From contig CBDHDF010000007.1 in assembly GCA_965261545.1 (NCBI GenBank), positions 128,001-192,000 of the forward strand: 64,000 nucleotides of DNA. Reading direction: 5' to 3'. This DNA comes from Bdellovibrionales bacterium (GTDB lineage Bacteria > Bdellovibrionota > Bdellovibrionia > Bdellovibrionales > UBA1609). A program made the translations under genes and the position numbers. The notes beneath the pieces are model-generated. The model ran no database searches. It had not been told where the DNA came from and was given only the letters and a program-made list of their open reading frames with translations. Shown here in pieces: positions 22,296 through 32,946 of this stretch (positions are counted from its first letter, which is position 1; each line of letters starts with the position of its first letter).

Positions 22296-23712
22296 CAATG
22301 CCGTTTCCTTAAGCCACCACACCCCTCTGCCTCTGCGTTAAGCTATTTCTTTTAAAAGAACTCCCAGCGCTTTTGATAGACCTTTCATAGCTTCTTTTGA
22401 AGTGCCTCCTCTTCTCCATTGAAATCTTCATCAGCAACTTTATCTGCTTCCTAAATTTCTGATAGAGCCCCGCAACAAAAAGAGGGATGCTATCCATTAT
22501 GAAATCAAGAATCAGTTTAAAGTTAGGTTTTTTGTAGTCATTTTTTACCAACTGATTCACACTGTCTTCATCCTCATTTATGCTCATTTGAATCTTTGTA
22601 TAATTGAAGAGCCAAAAATAAGAATACAGCTCTTGCAATATTCCATTAAGGCTTGTTGAGTGCCACTGCTCCATTTTCATTGTCGATGTAAAATCACGAA
22701 ATGTCGTTTCTATTTCCCAACGACGAGAGTAAAGAGCAACCATATCCTTCTTGTCCAAGGAGCCATGCGGAAGATTAGTGGCCAAAACAGAGAACTCCCC
22801 AGTCTTTGGGTTTTTATACTTATAGAGATGAATGACCACCCCCTCAATAACCATTTGTGAATACCAACCTGGGCCATTAAATAAATTTACGATGGGGATA
22901 AAAGTAGAGCCTCGCTTACAACACGCAATAAAGAAGTTACTGGCTTGAGCATGGGCCTTAATAATCTCTGTAGATAAATAAAGCCTATCGTAGAGAGTTA
23001 TGCTATTACTCTCAAAACTACCTATCATTTGAATAGCATTGGCGATTTCGTTGAGAGCGGGAGAAAAGCAAAGATTCTTTGTCACACCCGATAAAACGTC
23101 ATAAGCATGAGATAGATACATACGTAAGAAATGAGTTTCCATCTCATTTGGGCAAGGGTACCCACAATAACCCTCCTTTAAAAGATCTTTAGAGCGAGGA
23201 AGTGCTAATTGGTCGCCATCTATGGCATAGATATAAAAACCATGAAACGTTTTTCTCAATGGTTCGTAGTCTGTAATCAGAGATTCAAAGATATCTTTGA
23301 AAAATAGGTAAGAAATACTTTGACGTATCTTGCTGAGACTGCTTTTGACTGGCATGAGAAGCAGGTCACCAAAATGAGTCCATACCGTCTTAAGAGCGAT
23401 TTGGTAGCCTTCGTAATTTGTTCCTGAAATAAGATAGATAATGGTAAAAAAGAAAATTTGAGGATTAAATTTTCGATTCCTTTTTTGTTTTTCTGGATCG
23501 ACAAGGTGCTCTGGCTTGAAGGAAGAATCAAGTTTTGGTAGAATAAAATGGTCATCTGTGACGCGAACTCGTCATTTGGGGGCTTTCGAGATCAATATTG
23601 GATTGCATGTGACTTACTCCTTGGTTGAGGGTTGGGTGTAAAATAAAACAAGTCTTATTCTTGTCGATTTATCTAATGATTTCAAGAGATTTTTCTTAAG
23701 GAAACGGCATTG
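22296..23712 (-). mobile_element. IS4-family element
   Basis: TIRs; 11-bp TSD ATCCTCAGGTG; ORF 22309-23355. Confidence 0.97.
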
Positions 23713-24005
23713 ATCCTCAGGTGGATGCCAACGATAGCGAGCATATTTACGACCAATTGCATAAAGTGAATGATTATATATATTTATGGAAATTTCAATG
23801 GAAAAGTTGTCTATTGTGTCCGGGGAGTTTGTCAGCCCCGTCCTTTCGAATATCTTTGCACACTACGCCTTTGACATTTGGTTCAAAGGTGCAGTCAAGA
23901 AGTACACGAGAGGACAAGTGGAAATGTATCGCTACTGCGATGACATCATATTCTGCTGTGAACTTCAGGAGGATGCTGAGAAGGTTTACAGATCACTCCA
24001 AGGAC

Positions 24006-27000
24006 CAATGCCGTTTCCTTAAGCCACCACACCCCTCTGCCTCTGCGTTAAGCTATTTCTTTTAAAAGAACTCCCAGCCCTTTTGATAGACCTTTCATAG
24101 CTTCTTTTGAAGTGCCTCCTCTTCTCCATTGAAATCTTCATCAGCAACTTTATCTGCTTCCTAAATTTCTGATAGAGCCCCGCAACAAAAAGGGGGATGC
24201 TATCCATTATGAAATCAAGAATCAGTTTAAAGTTAGGTTTTTTGTAGTCATTTTTTACCAACTGATTCACACTGTCTTCATCCTCATTTATGCTCATTTG
24301 AATCTTTGTATAATTGAAGAGCCAAAAATAAGAATACAGCTCTTGCAATATTCCATTAAGGCTTGTTGAGTGCCACTGCTCCATTTTCATTGTCGATGTA
24401 AAATCACGAAATGTCGTTTCTATTTCCCAACGACGAGAGTAAAGAGCAACCATATCCTTCTTGTCCAAGGAGCCATGCGGAAGATTAGTGGCCAAAACAG
24501 AGAACTCCCCAGTCTTTGGGTTTTTATACTTATAGAGATGAATGACCACCCCCTCAATAACCATTTGTGAATACCAACCTGGGCCATTAAATAAATTTAC
24601 GATGGGGATAAAAGTAGAGCCTCGCTTACAACGCGCAATAAAGAAGTTACTGGCTTGAGCATGGGCCTTAATAATCTCTGTAGATAAATAAAGCCTATCG
24701 TAGAGAGTTATGCTATTACTCTCAAAACTACCTATCATTTGAATAGCATTGGCGATTTCGTTGAGAGCGGGAGAAAAGCAAAGATTCTTTGTCACACCCG
24801 ATAAAACGTCATAAGCATGAGATAGATACATACGTAAGAAATGAGTTTCCATCTCATTTGGGCAAGGGTACCCACAATAACCCTCCTTTAAAAGATCTTT
24901 AGAGCGAGGAAGTGCTAATTGGTCGCCATCTATGGCATAGATATAAAAGCCATGAAACGTTTTTCTCAATGGTTCGTAGTCTGTAATCAGAGATTCAAAG
25001 ATATTTTTAAAAAATAGGTAAGAAATACTTTGACGTATCTTGCTGAGACTGCTTTTGACTGGCATGAGAAGCAGGTCACCAAAATGAGTCCATACCGTCT
25101 TAAGAGCGATTTGGTAGCCTTCGTAATTTGTTCCGGAAATAAGATAGATAATAGTAAAAAAGAAAATTTGAGGATTAAATTTTCGATTCCTTTTTTGTTT
25201 TTCTGGATCGACAAGGTGCTCTGGCTTGAAGGAAGAATCAAGTTTTGGTAGAATAAAATGGTCATCTGTGACGCGAACTCGTCATTTGGGGGCTTTCGAG
25301 ATCAATATTGGATTGCATGTGACTTACTCCTTGGTTGAGGGTTGGGTGTAAAATAAAACAAGTCTTATTCTTGTCGATTTATCTAATAATTTCAAGAGAT
25401 TTTTCTTAAGGAAACGAGCCTGTAAACTATTTTGTGTAACTGCCGAATCATATTAGGATGAACTATCATCCTGAAAGGAGAAGGCAGAATGGATATCAAG
25501 ACAATAGGCAAGGAACTAGCGAAGAACGTCAAGACCCAAAAGGATTTATCCGACATAACGGGTCAACTGATGAAGGTTGTTTTAGAGACGGCCCTTAATG
25601 CGGAAATGGACGATCACCTAGGTTATGAGAGGCATGAGAAGTCTGAGACCCGCAAATCCAACACTCGCAATGGTTACAGTAGAAAGACCATAAAGGGAGA
25701 GAAAGGCGAGGTGGAGCTTCAGGTCCCCCGTGACCGAAGTGCCTCCTTTGAACCTCAAGTCATTCCCAAGGGTAAGACTCGTCTTGAGGGCTTTGAAGAC
25801 AGTATCCTGACCCTCTATGCGAGGGGAATGACGACCAGGGATATTCAAGGAGCTATCAAAGACCTCTACCATGGTGCAGAGATATCCCACTCTGATAGCC
25901 AACGTGACGGATGCTGTTATTGATGAAGTTACGGCTTGGCAGAACCGCCCCTTGGATAGCACTTACCCTATCGTATTTTTGGACTGTATCGTGGTGAAGG
26001 TCCATCAAGACAAGAGAGTTATTAATAAGGCGATTTACCTAGCTCTTGGTATTACAGAGGAGGGTCAGAAAGACTTGTTGGGCCTATGGATTTCTGAAAA
26101 TGAGGGTTCAAAGTTTTGGTTGAGTGTTTTGACTGAGCTGCAAAATCGAGGGTTGAAAGATGTATTTATATTTTCTGTAGATGGTCTTACAGGTTTTCCT
26201 CAAGCCATTTCAGCGGCTTTTCCCAAGTCTAAAGTGCAACTGTGCATTGTCCATATGGTCCGCAATTCCCTTCGCTATGTTCCTTCCAAGGATATGAAAG
26301 CTGTCGCCCAAGACCTCAAGTCCATTTATGGCTCTACGACTCTGACAGAAGCTGAAAAGGCCCTTGAGGAATTTTGTACCAAGTGGTCTTCAAAGTATCC
26401 GAATATTGAAAAGTCTTGGCGTAGGAATTGGGACAATCTCATCACTATTTTCGATTATCCGGATGAAATCAGAAAGATTTTTTATACCACAAACGCCATA
26501 GAGTCGTTAAATAGCGTGATCCGCAAGGCGATCAGAAATCGTAAGATATTTCCCAGTGATCGGTCGGCTTTAAAAGTTGTATATTTAGCGATAAAAATGG
26601 CCTCTAAGCGATGGACACGACCATTACACAACTGGAAGCCAGCCATGAACAGGTTTGCCATTGAATACGGTGACCGTTTTGACAACTAAGTTTTTTAATA
26701 AGGTCCACCACCTGCCTTATAAGGGGGCTTAAAAGCCCCTCTAAGGCGTTGACAGAAGTACTGGAATACCGAGACTATGGTTAGGGTAATATAGTATGGG
26801 AACCTAAATACATGCCCTCTTGGTGCAGATTTGGGTTTCCATTTTTTTTCATATTTCATCCCAATGCTGGTATTTCTCGAATATCCTAAGTTAAAAAAAA
26901 TAAAAAAAGGGGGTAATATAGTATGGGAACCTAAACACATGAACCCTTTGATGAGATTGGAATTTCCATTTTTTTGAGAGAGCCATTGCTGATTTTTTTT

Positions 27001-27317
27001 CAACCAAGATGATAATTATTTATTTGAGTTCTTTCCAGTTCTGATATGATCCCATTACGGCTCCATAATACAATCAAAAGTCCAGAGTAACTAAAGAGGC
27101 CAATTATATAGACCAGCGAAGATGTCCACCTCCCCATTAACTTAATAATGCATTGTGACTGACAAAATCGCTTGAAGGAAAAAATGTCAATTATACATTG
27201 ACGAATAATATGGGACTGTGCTTTTTACCAGGAGTGGAGCCACATAAGTGGCTTTAAGATTTAAGAAAAAAATTGCAGTTACACAATTATTTTTACAGTC
27301 CCAAGGAAACGGCATTG
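24006..27317 (-). mobile_element. IS4-family element with IS256 inserted inside its TIR
   Basis: TSD CTCCAAGGAC. The TIR is broken at 25415 and completed at 27303-27317. Confidence 0.95.
25416..27302 (+). mobile_element. IS256 copy 2, transposase frameshifted
   Basis: 8-bp TSD AAGGAAAC; 2-bp deletion near 25893 (CACTCTGATAG versus CACTCAGTGATAG). Confidence 0.95.
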
Positions 27318-27327
27318 CTCCAAGGAC

Positions 27328-28744
27328 CAATGCCGTTTCCTTAAGCCACCACACCCCTCTGCCTCTGCGTTAAGCTATTTCTTTTAAAAGAACTCCCAGC
27401 CCTTTTGATAGACCTTTCATAGCTTCTTTTGAAGTGCCTCCTCTTCTCCATTGAAATCTTCATCAGCAACTTTATCTGCTTCCTAAATTTCTGATAGAGC
27501 CCCGCAACAAAAAGAGGGATGCTATCCATTATGAAATCAAGAATCAGTTTAAAGTTAGGTTTTTTGTAGTCATTTTTTACCAACTGATTCACACTGTCTT
27601 CATCCTCATTTATGCTCATTTGAATCTTTGTATAATTGAAGAGCCAAAAATAAGAATACAGCTCTTGCAATATTCCATTAAGGCTTGTTGAGTGCCACTG
27701 CTCCATTTTCATTGTCGATGTAAAATCACGAAATGTCGTTTCTATTTCCCAACGACGAGAGTAAAGAGCAACCATATCCTTCTTGTCCAAGGAGCCATGC
27801 GGAAGATTAGTGGCCAAAACAGAGAACTCCCCAGTCTTTGGGTTTTTATACTTATAGAGATGAATGACCACCCCCTCAATAACCATTCGTGAATACCAAC
27901 CTGGGCCATTAAATAAATTTACAATGGGGATAAAAGTAGAGCCTCGCTTACAACGCGCAATAAAGAAGTTACTGGCTTGAGCATGGGCCTTAATAATCTC
28001 TGTAGATAAATAAAGCCTATCGTAGAGAGTTATGCTATTACTCTCAAAACTACCTATCATTTGAATAGCATTGGCGATTTCGTTCAGAGCGGGAGAATAG
28101 CAAAGATTCTTTGTCACACCCGATAAAACGTCATAAGCATGAGATAGATACATACGTAAGAAATGAGTTTCCATCTCATTTGGGCAAGGGTACCCACAAT
28201 AACCCTCCTTTAAAAGATCTTTAGAGCGAGGAAGTGCTAATTGGTCGCCATCTATGGCATAGATATAAAAACCATGAAACGTTTTTCTCAATGGTTCGTA
28301 GTCTGTAATCAAAGATTCAAAGATATCTTTGAAAAATAGGTAAGAAATACTTTGACGTATCTTGCTGAGACTGCTTTTGACTGGCATGAGAAGCAGGTCA
28401 CCAAAATGAGTCCATACCGTCTTAAGAGCGATTTGGTAGCCTTCGTAATTTGTTCCGGAAATAAGATAGATAATGGTAAAAAAGAAAATTTGAGGATTAA
28501 ATTTTCGATTCCTTTTTTGTTTTTCTGGATCGACAAGGTGCTCTGACTTGAAGGAAGAATCAAGTTTTGGTAGAATAAAATGGTCATCTGTGACGCGAAC
28601 TCGTCATTTGGGGGCTTTCGAGATCAATATTGGATTGCATGTGACTTACTCCTTGGTTGAGGGTTGGGTGTAAAATAAAACAAGTCTTATTCTTGTCGAT
28701 TTATCTAATAATTTCAAGAGATTTTTCTTAAGGAAACGGCATTG
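27328..28744 (-). mobile_element. IS4-family element, tandem partner of the 24006 copy
   Basis: CTCCAAGGAC occurs three times (23996, 27318, 28745). Confidence 0.97.
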
Positions 28745-29247
28745 CTCCAAGGACGAACCGAGAGGTTTTCCCTTAAGATGAATGTAGAGAAAACCAAGCG
28801 TATCACCTTTTCTAAAGCCAAGGCTCGACGAGGTGAGAAGCAAGGTACCTTCGACTTCTTAGGTTTCACCTTCTACATAAGTAAACGCAGAGGGCGCATA
28901 CTGCCCAAGATTAAATCCAATGGACGTAGAATAAGGAAGAAGCTACAGGTAGTCAAAGAGTGGTGCCGAGCCAACCGTCACAGAGGTACATTGTGCGAGC
29001 TGTGGGAGAGGTTTTGCAAGAAGCTCAGAGGACACGCCCAGTACTATGCTGTCTCCGATAATTACAAAGGAGTGAAGAATTTCTTTCACTACGCCATTAG
29101 GATTTTCTTCAAATGGATGAACAGACGTAGTCAGCGAAGATCTTTTGATTGGAATAAGTTTAACAGGTTCCTTGCTAACTTTCCTCCACCAAGGGTTCGC
29201 ATAGTACACAAGCTGTATTGATATAGTTGAGTGAGTAGAGTTATCGT

Positions 29248-29320
29248 CCGCCTATTGCCTTAATTGGGCACGATGGGTGGGAACGGGGGTTGGGTCGGGT
29301 AACCGGCCCTTCTACCCAAT
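29248..29320 (+). ncRNA. Group II intron domains V-VI and 3' end
   Basis: CCGCCTATTGCCTTAATTGGGCACGATGGGTGG (triad CGC, AC bulge); DVI hairpin with bulged A, ending CCCAAT; abuts IS1634 coding sequence. Confidence 0.8.
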
Positions 29321-31559
29321 AATGTTATCACATCTGTAATACTTCCCGGATATAATCTGTAAGCTATTGGAAGGCTAGCACTCTTAATATTGGAATCTAC
29401 TTTGAAGTTTTGACTTAAAATACCTAAATTGGTTTGAGCCAAATTCTCGCCATCTCTATTGTAACCTCTTTCCAAGAAGTCATTCTCAGAACCATAAGAG
29501 GAAATAGAAGTAATGTCGAACATGACGGCTTGAGAACTATCCTTATGGCTTTGAATCCAATTCATAAAAAAATTTTCTATAGCATCTTCATCATTACCAA
29601 TAATAGATAGAAATTTACTTATTAATTTTGAATTCAGATTATGATCATTTGAAACATAAGAAGCCTCACACCATAAAGGGCAATGCCGTTTCCTTAAGCC
29701 ACCACACCCCTCTGCCTCTGCGTTAAGCTATTTCTTTTAAAAGAACTCCCAGCCCTTTTGATAGACCTTTCATAGCTTCTTTTGAAGTGCCTCCTCTTCT
29801 CCATTGAAATCTTCATCAGCAACTTTATCTGCTTCCTAAATTTCTGATAGAGCCCCGCAACAAAAAGGGGGATGCTATCCATTATGAAATCAAGAATCAG
29901 TTTAAAGTTAGGTTTTTTGTAGTCATTTTTTACCAACTGATTCACACTGTCTTCATCCTCATTTATGCTCATTTGAATCTTTGTATAATTGAAGAGCCAA
30001 AAATAAGAATACAGCTCTTGCAATATTCCATTAAGGCTTGTTGAGTGCCACTGCTCCATTTTCATTGTCGATGTAAAATCACGAAATGTCGTTTCTATTT
30101 CCCAACGACGAGAGTAAAGAGCAACCATATCCTTCTTGTCCAAGGAGCCATGCGGAAGATTAGTGGCCAAAACAGAGAACTCCCCAGTCTTTGGGTTTTT
30201 ATACTTATAGAGATGAATGACCACCCCCTCAATAACCATTTGTGAATACCAACCTGGGCCATTAAATAAATTTACGATGGGGATAAAAGTAGAGCCTCGC
30301 TTACAACGCGCAATAAAGAAGTTACTGGCTTGAGCATGGGCCTTAATAATCTCTGTAGATAAATAAAGCCTATCGTAGAGAGTTATGCTATTACTCTCAA
30401 AACTACCTATCATTTGAATAGCATTGGCGATTTCGTTGAGAGCGGGAGAATAGCAAAGATTCTTTGTCACACCCGATAAAACGTCATAAGCATGAGATAG
30501 ATACGTACGTAAGAAATGAGTTTCCATCTCATTTGGGCAAGGGTACCACAATAACCCTCCTTTAAAAGATCTTTAGAGCGAGGAAGTGCTAATTGGTCGC
30601 CATCTATGGCATAGATATAAAAGCCATGAAACGTTTTTCTCAATGGTTCGTAGTCTGTAATCAGAGATTCAAAGATATTTTTAAAAAATAGGTAAGAAAT
30701 ACTTTGACGTATCTTGCTGAGACTGCTTTTGACTGGCATGAGAAGCAGGTCACCAAAATGAGTCCATACCGTCTTAAGAGCGATTTGGTAGCCTTCGTAA
30801 TTTGTTCCGGAAATAAGATAGATAATAGTAAAAAAGAAAATTTGAGGATTAAATTTTCGATTCCTTTTTTGTTTTTCTGGATCGACAAGGTGCTCTGGCT
30901 TGAAGGAAGAATCAAGTTTTGGTAGAATAAAATGGTCATCTGTGACGCGAACTCGTCATTTGGGGGCTTTCGAGATCAATATTGGATTGCATGTGACTTA
31001 CTCCTTGGTTGAGGGTTGGGTGTAAAATAAAACAAGTCTTATTCTTGTCGATTTATCTAATAATTTCAAGAGATTTTTCTTAAGGAAACGGCATTGCCAT
31101 AAAGGGTAAAGGTAATAGGGCTCTTTTGTAATGATTTTAAAAAAAGATAAATAAAGAATTTGTTCATAATCATCTGGAAAAGATTTTTTAAGTATTTGTA
31201 TCAAACCTAATCTCTTGCTAATGTATTTCAATAAATGGAGAGAACCAATATCTTGGGAAGATGTTGGAATACTGGGTTGAGATTTAGGAATTAGTTTACC
31301 TGTTGATGGGTCCTTTTTGCCAAGGTAAACCTTTTTAGAACGAGATTGTTTCTTCTCTTTGTCCCAAGAGCTTGTGGACCTATAGAGGTAAGTTTGGCCC
31401 TTTATTTCTTGCTCATATATAGAAGACATGACCACAATTATGGCTATGAATGCAACGCGTTGTCAAGACTTTAAAAGGATAAGCATTCAATATATTCGAC
31501 TTCAGAGCAAAAACTAGACTTTAATCCACAACCTAGCGATAACTGAAGAAGATTTCAGG
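29321..31559 (-). mobile_element. Second, diverged IS1634 element (5' part only), hit by IS4 and by the group II intron
   Basis: Transposase pieces at 31107-31435 and 29321-29680 (FDITSISSY, GYNRDGE). End GATTTCAGG at 31559 matches the copy-a terminus. Confidence 0.85.
29681..31096 (-). mobile_element. IS4-family element, transposase frameshifted
   Basis: TSD CCATAAAGGG; 1-bp deletion near 30546. Confidence 0.96.
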
Positions 31560-31581
31560 AACGTATTGACTCATTTAATAG

Positions 31582-32031
31582 CTAGTTCAAGAGGTTTTCA
31601 CATACACGCTCGACTTTATTGGGGCTGTGGATGACGATTTCTGCGGAGTATAGGGGCTGGAGGTTTTCGCTGACGGGGCATCCTCTGGCGCCCACTTCAT
31701 AGGTGGAGCAGGGGCCTTTTTTATCACAAATGGATGCCTGAACATGCATGCCCAAAGAATCTTGTGGGCAGATATACCTTGTTTGTGGGTCGACCTCAAC
31801 CGTGGGAGATAATTTGCGAGAGTTTTCTATGCACCAAACCCAAATGGGTTGTCCATCCGTTTTGTTGTTGTAGGCACTGGAGGGACCGTGGTCAAGGGAG
31901 TCGTGTCGCTTTGTGTACTCCGTGTCGTTGGGGCCCTTTCCAGGGTCATTATAGGCTCTGGCCCAAGGGCCTGATGATGTTGTTATGCCTATTAAAAAGA
32001 ATACCATAGGAAGGTGTTTAAGGTATTTCAT
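31582..32031 (-). CDS. Small secreted Cys-containing hypothetical protein
   Basis: SD GGAG, signal peptide ending ARA, 6 Cys. Confidence 0.65.
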   Translation of the reverse strand: MKYLKHLPMVFFLIGITTSSGPWARAYNDPGKGPNDTEYTKRHDSLDHGPSSAYNNKTDGQPIWVWCIENSRKLSPTVEVDPQTRYICPQDSLGMHVQASICDKKGPCSTYEVGARGCPVSENLQPLYSAEIVIHSPNKVERVCENLLN

Positions 32032-32480
32032 AGGGTCTCCTCATAGGGATAAGGATACGAGATACTTTAAGTATCAGTAAGTATCGATGATTCATGTTTT
32101 CATTATTTATTATATCGTAAATAAATGCTTGTTTTATAAGCTTTTTGAAGACTTTCTCTCCATTTTCTATACTTCTGTAATGAACTGGGAGTTCTCCATT
32201 GTCCAGTGGTGTTAGGCGACAAGTGAGGGGTGAGACGAAGTGTAACCTAACTTAGCTAGTCGCTGTCGCGAAATAGACTTAAGAAGTCTTGCGATTCAGC
32301 TTCAAGGTGGTTTTTTGGTAAATTATAATCTCCAATTTGTATAAATTCTTTAAAGGGATTTCTTTCCTGAAGATAGCGAGTAGAGAATTCTAGGTCAAAA
32401 CGGGCAACAATTCTGATTTAAAAGTCGTTCCACTTTAGCCCGCATTTCTCACGAGCTTGTTAGCCCACTTTCGACTTTCA

Positions 32481-32794
32481 TCAATTTCCTTTTGGGATGC
32501 ACTTAATCATACATACATCTGTTCCTGGAAGTTGGCTATATATTCCCCGCTTCTGTGCTAGGATTTTGGGGTCGACAGCTGCGCAGGCGTTTTGATCGGC
32601 GGCTGACGCGTTTACCCAACGTTGCGTCGATGTTCTGCCATGGTTGGCCCATCTCGCCGAGTTGTAACATCTTACTCCTATAGGTTGGTGGTTTGAATTG
32701 AAACGCACTCTTGTCAAGTTGGCGGATACGACGGATGAGGAGCCGTAGGATTTTCCTTCATAAAGGTAAAGTCCTAGAGGGCAGTCGACATAAA
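32481..32794 (-). pseudogene. C-terminal remnant of a Cys-rich protein truncated by IS21; paralog of the 900-4002 gene
   Basis: Ends VCMIKCIPKGN versus ACIIKCIPQ; IYVDCP versus ITVMCP. Confidence 0.55.
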
Positions 32795-32946
32795 TGCAAA
32801 ATTTCACCTAGTTTGACCCACCCAATTTCACCTGGTTTGACCCACCCAATTTCACGAAGTTTGACCCACTGAATTTCACCAAACATTGACCCACTTAGAT
32901 CTTCATAGATATTCTTTCTGCGCTACGCATTAACGAGGAGGTGTCT

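Larger units (their letters stand above)
18916..23828 (-). mobile_element. Minimal large-serine-recombinase element (~1.94 kb without nested IS66 and IS4)
   Basis: 27-bp inverted repeats, 24/27 identical, at 18916-18942 and 23802-23828. Unrelated genes are truncated at both ends. Confidence 0.8.
23829..29221 (+). pseudogene. Group II intron RT/maturase, 3' half, split by an IS4 tandem and IS256
   Basis: VSPVLSNIF...YRYCDD...LQG|RTERFSLKMNVEKT...FDFLGF...WMNRRSQRRS; no endonuclease domain. Confidence 0.92.

Noticed and set aside
23829..29221. RT as the DGR or retron RT serving the FGE gene
   Set aside because: It has a maturase X domain followed by DV/DVI, so it is a group II intron protein. 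No TR was seen in the window.
32800..32895. Mini-CRISPR or iteron array
   Set aside because: These are the normal multiple transposase-binding repeats of an IS21 end.
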